From NCBI GenBank assembly GCA_903822075.1, contig CAIJNK010000021.1:13112-77111 (forward strand): 64,000 bases of DNA, given 5' to 3'. Position 1 is the first letter of the stretch, and every line of letters starts with the position of its first letter. Positions 9,553 to 18,350 of the stretch are shown one piece after another. The notes beneath the pieces are model-generated. The model ran no database searches. It worked only from the letters and a program-made list of their open reading frames with translations, and was not told where the DNA came from. The DNA comes from an uncultured bacterium (GTDB lineage: Bacteria > Patescibacteriota > Minisyncoccia > Phycocordibacterales > GWA1-40-21). A program made the position numbers and the translations under genes.

Positions 9553-10408
9553 GAAATCTTTCAATGTCACCATCCAGCACTTCATCCACCTTGGCGGTTT
9601 CCACTTCGGTGCGGTGATCCTTGACCATTTTATAAGGGTGTAATACATAAGAGCGGATTTGATTCCCCCACTCAATGGAAGTGGTTTTGGTCACGGACAA
9701 GCCTTTTTCCTTGGCCGCCTTTTCTTCCTCCCTTTTGGCAAATAACTTACCGGTTAAAATCTGCAGGGCTTTTTCTTTATTTTGCGGCTGGGAGCGCTCC
9801 GAAGTAGAGCGGACGGATATACCCGAAGGTAAATGAACAATCCGCACCGCTGTTTCTCTTTTGTTCACGTTTTGTCCGCCCGGACCGCCAGCTTTGGAAA
9901 TTTCAATCCTTAAATCACTTTCGGGGATGGAAAGCTCGGCGGATTTCTCAAATTTTGGCACAAATTCCACCAGGGAAAAAGAAGTTTGACGCAAGCTCTT
10001 GGCATTAAAAGGTGAGAGACGCACCAACCGATGAACGCCGGATTCGCTTTTCATTTTCCCGTAAACATTCTTACCAGACACTTCCAAAGTGATGTTTCGG
10101 TATCCCCCATGATCATTTTCATTTTCATCCAAGATCTTGTAGGACCAGTTTTGTTTGGCAAAAAATTTACAATACATTTGCAAAAGCATTTTGGAAAAAT
10201 CCTCCGCATCATCTCCGCCTGCCCCAGACAAGATGGTCAGAATCGCATCACCACTGTCATACTTTCCCACGCCGGCGATTTCCGCTTTTAATTCACTAAT
10301 TTCTTTTATAACAGCCTGGGCCCGATTTTTGTCAGCCCAAAAATCGGGCTTCATCATCTGCGCCTCCAAGTCCTCAAGTTTTTTAGTTTTATCCTGATTG
10401 TCAGCCAT
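9545..10408 (-). CDS. prfB: Peptide chain release factor 2, unusually short (287 aa). Lacks most of domain 1 and has no programmed frameshift site.
   Basis: SPF tripeptide (VRLSPFNAKS), GGQ motif (GGPGGQNVNK), RSYVLHPYKMVKDHRT. The ATG at 10408 abuts the tRNA-Thr gene. Confidence 0.85.
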   Translation of the reverse strand: MADNQDKTKKLEDLEAQMMKPDFWADKNRAQAVIKEISELKAEIAGVGKYDSGDAILTILSGAGGDDAEDFSKMLLQMYCKFFAKQNWSYKILDENENDHGGYRNITLEVSGKNVYGKMKSESGVHRLVRLSPFNAKSLRQTSFSLVEFVPKFEKSAELSIPESDLRIEISKAGGPGGQNVNKRETAVRIVHLPSGISVRSTSERSQPQNKEKALQILTGKLFAKREEEKAAKEKGLSVTKTTSIEWGNQIRSYVLHPYKMVKDHRTEVETAKVDEVLDGDIERFLV

Positions 10409-10412
10409 CCGG

Positions 10413-10485
10413 AGCCAAAGGTGAGGATTGAACTCACGACCCCCGCTTTACGAAAGCGGTGCTCTACCAACTGAGCTACTTTGGC
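10413..10485 (-). tRNA. tRNA-Thr (anticodon CGT).
   Basis: GCCAAAG..CTTTGGC acceptor. D-arm GCTCAGTTGGTAGAGC. Anticodon loop TTCGTAA. T-arm GTGAGTTCAATCCTCAC. Confidence 0.8.
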
Positions 10486-10629
10486 TTATTCAAGACCGGT
10501 ATTAGCCCTCACCTCAAAACTCGCCGTCGCTCGTTTTGGGCTGGGCACCGGCTCGCGGTTTTGATTGCTATCAAAACATCACTCCGCCGTTCAAACCCCG
10601 GACGCAAGCAAAACCATTTGCTTGCTTCT

Positions 10630-10705
10630 TGGAGCCAAGACCGGGGTTTGAACCCGGGACCTCGTCATTACCAATGACGTGCTCTACCAGCTGAGCTATC
10701 TTGGC
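10630..10705 (-). tRNA. tRNA-Thr (anticodon GGT), CCA encoded.
   Basis: GCCAAGA..TCTTGGC acceptor. Anticodon stem-loop CGTCA-TTGGTAA-TGACG. T-arm CCCGGGTTCAAACCCCGG. 3' TCCA. Confidence 0.8.
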
Positions 10706-10751
10706 TTATTAAATAAGCGCCATATAAAGATACCCTATTTCTTATTTTTTT

Positions 10752-11417
10752 TCAATCATTAAGCCCTGAAATCAACTTGTGGCCATAAAAGACAATTCTG
10801 TCTTTTATAAATAATTTTTCCAAAATATGGAATATGGTATAAGTAATAAAGAAGGCGCCCAGGACATCTATTGAATAATGCATATGTCCCAACAACACCA
10901 CAACAGCAAAAAAGACCGAGAAAGAAAGGAAAATGAACCGGAAGATTGGTTCCTTCCACCAGATCAAAGCCAAGAGAAAAGGGAGACCAGTATGACCGGA
11001 AAAGAATAAATCGCTGCCAAAGGATATCCGACTCACAATACTTTCAGGATCAATTGCAATCTGGGTTGGAAAAGGGGCAATGTGGGTCAAGGTTATAAAA
11101 ACAGACCGGATGAGATAAAATACGGCAATCCCCTTCAAAGTAAAAGGGATTTTTTTGGGATCCATAAAACAGGCCAGAATAATAAGAAAAAACATCACTA
11201 AAGTTCCATAAATAAACAAACTAGAAATGTTATAGGTTGGAATGTTACTCAAAACAAGATCCGTTACCGAGCTGCTGGCTTTCTCATTGGCATAATAACT
11301 GGCAAAATAATTAACAAAAAGACTGGCCCCTAAAAAGACCGTTGATGCCAAAAAAGACAAAACAAAACCCTTATCAGAGAAATATTCTTTTATTTTTTTT
11401 CGATAATTATCTTTCAT
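10752..11417 (-). CDS. PAP2-family membrane phosphatase (phosphatidic acid phosphatase type 2-like).
   Basis: 6 TM helices. SGHTGLPF (PSGH-like) and GHMHYSIDV (SRx5HxxxD-like) motifs. Start chosen at MKDNYRKK (11417); the ORF-track start 11450 directly abuts a hairpin. Confidence 0.5.
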   Translation of the reverse strand: MKDNYRKKIKEYFSDKGFVLSFLASTVFLGASLFVNYFASYYANEKASSSVTDLVLSNIPTYNISSLFIYGTLVMFFLIILACFMDPKKIPFTLKGIAVFYLIRSVFITLTHIAPFPTQIAIDPESIVSRISFGSDLFFSGHTGLPFLLALIWWKEPIFRFIFLSFSVFFAVVVLLGHMHYSIDVLGAFFITYTIFHILEKLFIKDRIVFYGHKLISGLND

Positions 11418-11904
11418 AATCCAGTGACTCCCGAATATTAACATGCCCATGCAAAAATCCCAAACACAAATGTGCTGGGATTTTCGTCGGATTCCAAAGG
11501 TCAGACCTAAGGAGAAACCGGCAGAGTGTTCACTAGAACCTGACCCTTATCAAGCAGTGAACTTGCCAAGTGAAAGAACTGGAGGAGGATATGCTCAAAT
11601 GCCTGAAAGATGTCTGGCATAAGAGACCTAAGGATCAAAATGGTAAGCCCCAGTCCCAAAGCTCCTAAAATTCTCATAATTTTAAAAGAAGGGGGCTTTT
11701 AAGGCGTCCGACAACGCCTTGGGCAACCAATGACCCAAATCCCCTCCCCATAGAAATTTCAATCACTTAAAATCTCCGAGGGGAGGGTCTCCTGACTCAG
11801 TTTTTCAAATAGCTTTTTTGCTCTCAAAACCTACCCAAAATATAGCATATATTTGACCATATTACAACTAGACACATAGCCATTATTACAGTCTAATTTC
11901 TTTG

Positions 11905-11976
11905 CGCGGGCGATGGGTGCTGACCCCACGGCCTCTCCCGTGACAGGGGAGTGCTCTACCGTTGAGCTACGCCCGC
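11905..11976 (-). tRNA. tRNA-Asp (anticodon GTC).
   Basis: Acceptor GCGGGCG/CGCCCGC. Anticodon stem-loop CTCCC-CTGTCAC-GGGAG. Atypical T-loop GTCAGCA. Confidence 0.7.
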
Positions 11977-12048
11977 GTTTTTTCAAATCTCTCAAAAAAG
12001 AGATTGCTACTATTATACATAAAATAACCCTTTAGACAAATCTATTTG

Positions 12049-12119
12049 TGCCGATGAATGGAATTGAACCATTTTTTGAGGCTTATGAGTCCCCCGTTCT
12101 ACCATTGAACTACATCGGC
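12049..12119 (-). tRNA. tRNA with CAT anticodon (Met, fMet or Ile-lysidine type).
   Basis: Acceptor GCCGATG/CATCGGC. D-arm GTTCAATGGTAGAAC. Anticodon loop CTCATAA. T-arm ATGGTTCAATTCCAT. Confidence 0.7.
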
Positions 12120-12196
12120 AAATATTAATCGTCAAAACAGCTTGCTTAATATAGCATTTTAAGCCCAAAAATCAATAGAAACACGACCTTAATTGT

Positions 12197-12265
12197 TGCG
12201 GGGGCCCGATTTGCACGGGCGTCTCAAGGTTATGAGCCTCGCGAATTACTGTTACTCTACCCCGC
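12197..12265 (-). tRNA. Second CAT-anticodon tRNA-like gene (short D-arm).
   Basis: GCGGGGT..CCCCGC acceptor. Anticodon stem-loop CGAGG-CTCATAA-CCTTG. T-arm GCCCG-TGCAAAT-CGGGC. Some helices are imperfect. Confidence 0.45.
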
Positions 12266-12354
12266 TAACGACTATAATACATCATTATGGTAAAAACGCA
12301 ACTTCCCTTTCCCCGCCTTTTCTAAGGAGGGGTGGCGTTCTGACGCCGGGGTGG

Positions 12355-12990
12355 TCAGATAAATTCAAACTCTCTGAATACCGCCTCGTAAAGGCCGATT
12401 ACTCTTTTGGCCTCTCGCTCATTGATCAGAAAGTCCGATCCTTCGTGGGCAATTTGATTTCTGATTTTATGAGCTTCCCAGGCGGCTTCAATATTAGTAA
12501 AATCAGATGGCTCTATAGATTTTAGTTTCTCACTGATGCTTTCCTGCAAATAGCCCATCTTCTCCAAAATATCCGCCAGCATAATATCACACTCCAGTAT
12601 AGCCAACTTCCAATCACTGGAGTTGGCGGAATTAATATGAGTCAAAACTTTTTGCCACTTTTCATTCACTACCGGTGCCATAGTTTTACTTTCCCTCACC
12701 ATTTTTTGCTCTGGCAAAACGAGTGCCTCGTGCATCTGCCGACGAATCCGCATCAAGTTGTTGGCTGACCAAACAATCACAAAAATCAAAAGAAGTGATA
12801 AAATAAAGGAAAAGGAAAAGAGCCGAAGCATAACTGTCACAGCATAATCCGGTAAAAGAAGCCAGAAATTATGCCAAGTGTCTGCCCAATTCTGCCCCGC
12901 AGTATTAGTATAGGCGGCCTTTATCAAAGCCGTAATTAATGAGACTAAATCATAGGAATGAAGAGCGTCTAGTGGTTGTGCTGGTTGCAT
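12355..12990 (-). CDS. Membrane-anchored hypothetical protein with a C-terminal Rx4H (HEPN-like) motif.
   Basis: One TM helix (FSFSFILSLLLIFVIVW). C-terminal AWEAHKIRNQIAHEGS. Confidence 0.4.
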   Translation of the reverse strand: MQPAQPLDALHSYDLVSLITALIKAAYTNTAGQNWADTWHNFWLLLPDYAVTVMLRLFSFSFILSLLLIFVIVWSANNLMRIRRQMHEALVLPEQKMVRESKTMAPVVNEKWQKVLTHINSANSSDWKLAILECDIMLADILEKMGYLQESISEKLKSIEPSDFTNIEAAWEAHKIRNQIAHEGSDFLINEREAKRVIGLYEAVFREFEFI

Positions 12991-13022
12991 ATCTAATAGT
13001 GATATTAATAACTACCAGCGTA

Positions 13023-14447
13023 TTATAACATATTTTCTATTTTCTTTGCCATCTCAAATAGTATTTTCTCATTGCCTGGCTTGGCCAGAAGCTGAAGCCC
13101 GAGTGGGAGTTTTTTACCATCTACTTCTTTATAACCAGAAGGGACCGACAAGGCAGGTAGACCAGCCAAGTTTGCTGGAACGGTAAATATGTCCTCCAGA
13201 TAAAGCTGCAACGGATCATTTATTTTCTCCCCTATTTTGAAGGCGGCATCGGGCGTCGTCGGCATAATTATGATATCCACTTCTTCAAAAGCCTTCCGAT
13301 AATCTTCCCGAATCAAATCTCTGACAATATTGGCCTTGTTATAATAAGCATCATAATAACCCGAAGATAATATATAAGTACCTAGAATAATGCGTCTCTT
13401 TACTTCCGCCCCAAAACCCGCCTGTCTGGATTTAAAATAGTCCTCTACCCCAGTTTGTCCATCAACATGAAGACCGTAACGAACACCGTCAAATCTAGTT
13501 AAATTGGAAGATTCTTCTGCAAAAACTAAGGTGTAATATGTGGCGAGAGAATATTTAAGATAAGGAAAATCAATTTCCGTTACTTCACAACCCAGACCTT
13601 TGATATTTTCTATCGCTTTATTAAAACTATCTATTACTTCCTTTTTTACACCCTTACTGGTAACAAAACCTTGAGGAATGGCAATCTTAGGTTTTGGATT
13701 TTGACTTTTAACCTCAAACCGCGTCACACTTGTGCTGTCCATCTCATCTTTTCCGACGATTACTTCAAAAACCACTTGTACATCATCAGCGGTTTTACCA
13801 ATAGCACCTATTTGATCAAATGAAGAAGCTGCGGCCATGAGTCCGTAGCGGGAAACTGCTCCATAACCCGGCTTAAGACCGACAACACCACAAAAACTTG
13901 ATGGCTGTCTGATTGACCCACCAGTGTCCGAGCCAAGAGCCACCAAAGCCATGTCAGCAGCCACAGCCGCTGCCGAACCACCCGAAGTTCCACCGGCCAC
14001 CCTCTCTAAATCATGCGGGTTATGGGTAACGCCAAAAGCCGAATTCTCTGTAGATCCGCCCATCGCAAACTCATCCATGTTGGTTCGACCCAGAAAAACC
14101 GCTCCAGCTTCCTTTAATTTCTTAATAACCGTGGCATCGTAAGTGGCGTGGTAATTTTCTAATATTTTTGAAGCGGAACTGGCAATACGGCCTTTAATCA
14201 AAATATTATCTTTCACCGCGACTGGTATACCGGTCAATAAAGTCACATTTTCTTTTCTAGCCACTCTGTCATCTGCCGCTTTTGCCTGTTCTAAAACGTC
14301 AGAAAAGATTTCCAGATAGGCGTGTATTTCTCCATCTTTCTTTTTGATATTTTCCAAATAGGCATTAGTTAAATCAACACAAGTATACTCCCCTTTCAAC
14401 AGAGCTTCATGAGCTTTTTTAATTGTCAGATCTTTTAGATTAATCAT
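13023..14447 (-). CDS. gatA: Glutamyl-tRNA(Gln) amidotransferase subunit A (amidase signature family).
   Basis: GGSSGGSAAAVAA amidase signature, 474 aa. Overlaps gatC by 4 nt. Confidence 0.9.
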   Translation of the reverse strand: MINLKDLTIKKAHEALLKGEYTCVDLTNAYLENIKKKDGEIHAYLEIFSDVLEQAKAADDRVARKENVTLLTGIPVAVKDNILIKGRIASSASKILENYHATYDATVIKKLKEAGAVFLGRTNMDEFAMGGSTENSAFGVTHNPHDLERVAGGTSGGSAAAVAADMALVALGSDTGGSIRQPSSFCGVVGLKPGYGAVSRYGLMAAASSFDQIGAIGKTADDVQVVFEVIVGKDEMDSTSVTRFEVKSQNPKPKIAIPQGFVTSKGVKKEVIDSFNKAIENIKGLGCEVTEIDFPYLKYSLATYYTLVFAEESSNLTRFDGVRYGLHVDGQTGVEDYFKSRQAGFGAEVKRRIILGTYILSSGYYDAYYNKANIVRDLIREDYRKAFEEVDIIIMPTTPDAAFKIGEKINDPLQLYLEDIFTVPANLAGLPALSVPSGYKEVDGKKLPLGLQLLAKPGNEKILFEMAKKIENML

Positions 14448-14725
14448 AATATTTTCTTTACCTTCAAATAATCCCTCTCTTTTCTTGGGAACTCATCTGT
14501 AACAACCTTAGTATTCAAACCGGGCTTATTTTTTACTTCATCAACCCTGAGCACATTTCTTAACTCACCGGCTTTCCTTTCCTCTCCAGTGGTAGTCGTT
14601 ACTTCCTTTATTTGATCCACGTAGCTTAAAATAGCACTTATATCCTTTAAATAAGCCTGTTTCTCTGCCTCGGTTAATTCAATCCTGGCCAATTGTGCCA
14701 ACTTTTCGACATCTTTTATTTCCAT
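14444..14725 (-). CDS. gatC: Glutamyl-tRNA(Gln) amidotransferase subunit C.
   Basis: 93 aa. LARIELTEAEKQAYLKDISAIL. Directly upstream of gatA. Confidence 0.8.
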   Translation of the reverse strand: MEIKDVEKLAQLARIELTEAEKQAYLKDISAILSYVDQIKEVTTTTGEERKAGELRNVLRVDEVKNKPGLNTKVVTDEFPRKERDYLKVKKIL

Positions 14726-14748
14726 ACCGAAAAGGATAACATAAATTC

Positions 14749-16755
14749 CTAAGAAATTAAACCCAGAAACTTTTTTTCATCCAGAATCTCTACCCCTATT
14801 TTTTTGGCTTTTTCGAGCTTTGATCCGGCGTTTTCACCGGCAACCAAATAGTTTGTTTTAACCGATACTGATTCAGAGACATCACCACCAAGGGCACGGA
14901 TTTTATCCTTAGCCTCATCACGTGACATTTTAGATAGTGTGCCGGTAATTACAAAAGTCTTGCTTGAAAACTTTTTACCATCACCCTGAGTAGAGACGGG
15001 AGATTTTTGTATCTCGACTTGTTTTAGCAGACTGTTTAATGTTTTCACATTATTCTTGTCGGTAAACCAATCTACCAGAGCTTGGGCGACGATCGGACCG
15101 ATTCCATCCAACACCTGTAATTCATCAAAGTTTGCGACCTGTAATTTTTCTATTGTTCCAAAATATTTAGCCAGATCGATAGCTGTTTCTTCACCAACTT
15201 GAGGAATGGACAATCCAACCAAAAATTTTGCTAAATTGATTTGCGTGGCCTTTTCCACCGAAACAAGTAAGTTATCGACGGATTTTTCAGCAAACCGTGG
15301 CAGGGCAAGCAAATCCCCACGTTTCAAAGTAAAAATGTCAGCAAAATCTGAAATCAGATTGTTATCCAACAGAACATCAATTATCTTTGGCCCGCAACCA
15401 TCCATATCAAAAGCTTTCTTGGAAACAAAATGATAAAACCTTCGGCGCTTCTGGGCAAAGGAGTCTTTACCGACGCAACGCCAAGCTGCCTGACCGGGTA
15501 CCCGCTCGATTCTCCCATCCCCTCCGCAATCCGGAACAATAGTTGGAAATTTATAAGGTTTTTCTTTTCCAGTTCTCAGATCTGTTAAAACTTGTACAAT
15601 ATCTGGGATCACATCCCCTGCTTTCTGCAAGATCACAGTATCTCCCACTCGTATATCCAATCTTTTTATCTCGTCCTCGTTATGTAAAGTAGCTCGAGAA
15701 ACTACTGAGCCGGCGACTCGTACCGGTGTGAGGTGAGCTACGGGTGTCAGTACACCGGTCCGCCCCACCTGAAGCACAATATCCTCCACCATGGTTGTTA
15801 CTTGTTCCGCCGGGAATTTATAGGCTACGCCCCAACGTGGTGTTTTACCGGTATAACCTAAAGTTTCTTGGATTTTTCGGGAATTGATCTTTATAACAAT
15901 TCCGTCAAGCCCGTACTCCAATTTGTCCTTTTTTCTTGTCCATTCTTCGTAAAATTTTTGCACCCCGTCCAAATCAGCAAAAACCTTAAAAAAAGGATTG
16001 GTTTTAAAACCTAGTTTCTTTAATAATTTAAGCTCCTCACTTTGTGTGTTCGGCATTTCCAGCCCATCCAGCTTATCGATATCATAAACAAAAGTGTCCA
16101 GGTTTCTTTTGGCCGTCACTTTGGGATCTAGCTGCCTGATGGACCCGGCGCCGGCATTTCTGGTATTTGCAAAGATTGGCTCACCAGTTTTTTTTCGTTC
16201 TTCATTTATCCTTTCTAATTCTTTCTTATTCATCCAGGCTTCCCCCACCACCACCGCACCCACTTTTTCTTGCAAGAAAAAAGGAATCGATTTTATAGTC
16301 TTTAGATTTTCTGTTACACTCTCTCCCACCTGGCCGTCCCCGCGCGTCGCCCCTTGTACAAATTCCCCGTTCATATAAGTCAGGATAACTTTCAAACCAT
16401 CTATTTTTAATTCGCAACAGAACTCCAGTTTTTCATTTTTTAGGCTTTGTTCTTTTTCCATCATACGCCTGATTTTCTCCTCCCACTTTTTTAACTCTTC
16501 AAAATCAAAGACGTCATCAAAAGACCACTGACGGATTTCGTGCTTTACTTTTTTAAACTCCTTCAAAGGCACACCGCCTATCCTTTGTGATGGACTCAAC
16601 GGAGAAATGAGCTCGGGGTGCTTAACCTCGATCTCCAGTAGTTCTCGCATCAGGGAATCATAGGCCTCATCCGTAATCTCCGGTTTATCCAACACATGGT
16701 AGAGATATTGATGGTGCTCTATGGCCTGTATCAATTTTTCATAACGCTCTTTCAT
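14749..16755 (-). CDS. ligA: NAD-dependent DNA ligase LigA.
   Basis: KIDG adenylation motif (ELKIDGLKV), OB, Zn finger, HhH and BRCT regions over 668 aa. Confidence 0.9.
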   Translation of the reverse strand: MKERYEKLIQAIEHHQYLYHVLDKPEITDEAYDSLMRELLEIEVKHPELISPLSPSQRIGGVPLKEFKKVKHEIRQWSFDDVFDFEELKKWEEKIRRMMEKEQSLKNEKLEFCCELKIDGLKVILTYMNGEFVQGATRGDGQVGESVTENLKTIKSIPFFLQEKVGAVVVGEAWMNKKELERINEERKKTGEPIFANTRNAGAGSIRQLDPKVTAKRNLDTFVYDIDKLDGLEMPNTQSEELKLLKKLGFKTNPFFKVFADLDGVQKFYEEWTRKKDKLEYGLDGIVIKINSRKIQETLGYTGKTPRWGVAYKFPAEQVTTMVEDIVLQVGRTGVLTPVAHLTPVRVAGSVVSRATLHNEDEIKRLDIRVGDTVILQKAGDVIPDIVQVLTDLRTGKEKPYKFPTIVPDCGGDGRIERVPGQAAWRCVGKDSFAQKRRRFYHFVSKKAFDMDGCGPKIIDVLLDNNLISDFADIFTLKRGDLLALPRFAEKSVDNLLVSVEKATQINLAKFLVGLSIPQVGEETAIDLAKYFGTIEKLQVANFDELQVLDGIGPIVAQALVDWFTDKNNVKTLNSLLKQVEIQKSPVSTQGDGKKFSSKTFVITGTLSKMSRDEAKDKIRALGGDVSESVSVKTNYLVAGENAGSKLEKAKKIGVEILDEKKFLGLIS

Positions 16756-16791
16756 TTTTTATCTTGCAACTCAATCAGTGTGTGATTCAAT

Positions 16792-17775
16792 CTATCTAAC
16801 ACATTTTGTTGTATAACTGTTTCCTTTAACTGCCCATTCGGTTATTTGATTTGTAAAATATCTAACATGGACATCGTAACCACAGTCATGACAATATGAC
16901 CAATCTCCGCTTTCCGATGTCCAAAAGCTTGTATCATGAAATCCCCACGGATTTCCCCAGGCATCCCACGTTAGCCCTCCAGCGATAGTTTCGTTTACCG
17001 TCGGGGTCCTCCAACCAATACTTGCGCAATAACTCTGTGCGTTATCCCAAGTTTGAATTGTTTCTTGGGCTTGAGTCTGCCAAACTATAGAACAACTTTG
17101 GGAATCCGTCATGGTTGCGTTTCCGGTACATGGCTGATTAGTAGCCGTCAGAGTTCTAGATTTTGTACCGGCAGGCATACAAATGCCCCAAGCAGGGTTA
17201 TCATAAACACAAGCTGGTCCAACGGGTGCCACATTAACACTTCCCTTTATCACCTGTTCGATCTTTCTTTCCACTCGGTCTCCACTATCTGAATCGTGAC
17301 CGACGGATGAAATAGTGGTCTTCAAATATTGGCTCTGCAAACCACGGTTAAATATTTCCTTGGTAAAGGTGACCTCAAAGTTCTGATCGCCAGCAGTAAT
17401 AAACATTTTGGGTATATCAACTTGGACCTTAGTAGAGACAAGTGGGGTAGCGCCGTCAAAGTTACCGGTCACCTGTATTGATCCAGAATTTCCACAATTA
17501 ATGGTCCCGGGGGTACTTACCGCCTTAAAAAAGGAAGATGGTATTTGTCCTCTTTTTTCATCCCAATACTTTATGCATTCCAAACCGCTATCAGCCGCGT
17601 AAAAAGCTTGGACCGAAAGCTGATTTGCCTTGGAGATAGCCATTTCTTTTAAGGTAATACTAAAAATAGAAAGCCCGATGGTCAATAGAAGGCTGGAAAC
17701 CAGAACGGAAAAAAGCAGAGCAAAACCTTGTTTGCGGAAGGAAACAAAAAACTTTTTTTGAAAATCTTTAATCAT
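16792..17775 (-). CDS. Pilus-associated secreted protein with a pseudopilin-like N-terminus and Cys-rich C-terminal modules (candidate minor pilin/tip adhesin).
   Basis: KQGFALLFSVLVSSLLL prepilin-like hydrophobic segment lacking Glu5. Shares a CxYDNPxWxxC..SRTLTATNQxCTG module with the giant surface protein. Start taken at MIKDF (17775) adjacent to the upstream pilin stop. Confidence 0.5.
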   Translation of the reverse strand: MIKDFQKKFFVSFRKQGFALLFSVLVSSLLLTIGLSIFSITLKEMAISKANQLSVQAFYAADSGLECIKYWDEKRGQIPSSFFKAVSTPGTINCGNSGSIQVTGNFDGATPLVSTKVQVDIPKMFITAGDQNFEVTFTKEIFNRGLQSQYLKTTISSVGHDSDSGDRVERKIEQVIKGSVNVAPVGPACVYDNPAWGICMPAGTKSRTLTATNQPCTGNATMTDSQSCSIVWQTQAQETIQTWDNAQSYCASIGWRTPTVNETIAGGLTWDAWGNPWGFHDTSFWTSESGDWSYCHDCGYDVHVRYFTNQITEWAVKGNSYTTKCVR

Positions 17776-17776
17776 T

Positions 17777-18346
17777 TTAAATTGGGTCCACCCGATAGGT
17801 GTCATAGATCAGATCCTTAACCGTTATTACATTTCCAGTCCCCCCCCAACTTACTTGGACGGTGATTAATGCTTCGTCCGCATTTGTCCCGTAGGGATTT
17901 TTTAAGATATTAACCTTCCGGACAAAATCAGTTGGTGTCCCGCCGGCGGCATAATCATATAAATAACTGCTGTTATCGACTGATAATGGAGTGGTTACGC
18001 CGGCATATATCGTGCCTCCATTTGGTGGATTAATTGTATCCACTCGGCACCAATTTGAATTTAAGCACTGATCGAGGCCATCAAGCCAACCGACACCATC
18101 ATCTGTTCTGGCGGCTATTACATTCACGTCTTTTTTATTCTTAATAAATTCTATGGCATCCTGTGCTAAATAAGAGGCGACCATCTGGCTCTTGGTATAA
18201 ACCGCCGAGGTAAGGCCTTTCTGGGCAATAGTAATTGGCGTGACAACGGCCACCATCAAAATAGATATGGCTACCAAAGCCTCGAGCAGGGTAAAGCCTT
18301 TTATAGATAATGACTGAGTATTTTTATTTCGTCTTAATTTAAGCAT
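17777..18346 (-). CDS. Type IV minor pilin-like protein.
   Basis: Class III signal IKGFTLLEALVAISIL (G-F-T-L-L-E), 189 aa. Confidence 0.75.
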   Translation of the reverse strand: MLKLRRNKNTQSLSIKGFTLLEALVAISILMVAVVTPITIAQKGLTSAVYTKSQMVASYLAQDAIEFIKNKKDVNVIAARTDDGVGWLDGLDQCLNSNWCRVDTINPPNGGTIYAGVTTPLSVDNSSYLYDYAAGGTPTDFVRKVNILKNPYGTNADEALITVQVSWGGTGNVITVKDLIYDTYRVDPI

Positions 18347-18350
18347 GATA

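Noticed and set aside
9545-10470. Programmed +1 frameshift site or N-terminal exon for prfB
   Set aside because: Looked for a CTT-TGA-C window and upstream coding capacity. The region immediately upstream is tRNA-Thr(CGT), so the RF2 is simply short.
11451-11903. RNase P RNA, SRP RNA or tmRNA in the PAP2-tRNA-Asp gap
   Set aside because: Only partial resemblance to P4/CR-IV (GAAACCGGC) and to the SRP helix-8 motif, and nothing by eye on the complementary strand. tmRNA is found elsewhere (62205-62628). Left as an unassigned ncRNA candidate.
12193-12525. 110-aa plus-strand ORF
   Set aside because: Overlaps the tRNA(CAT)-like gene and tRNA-cluster spacer. No start context.
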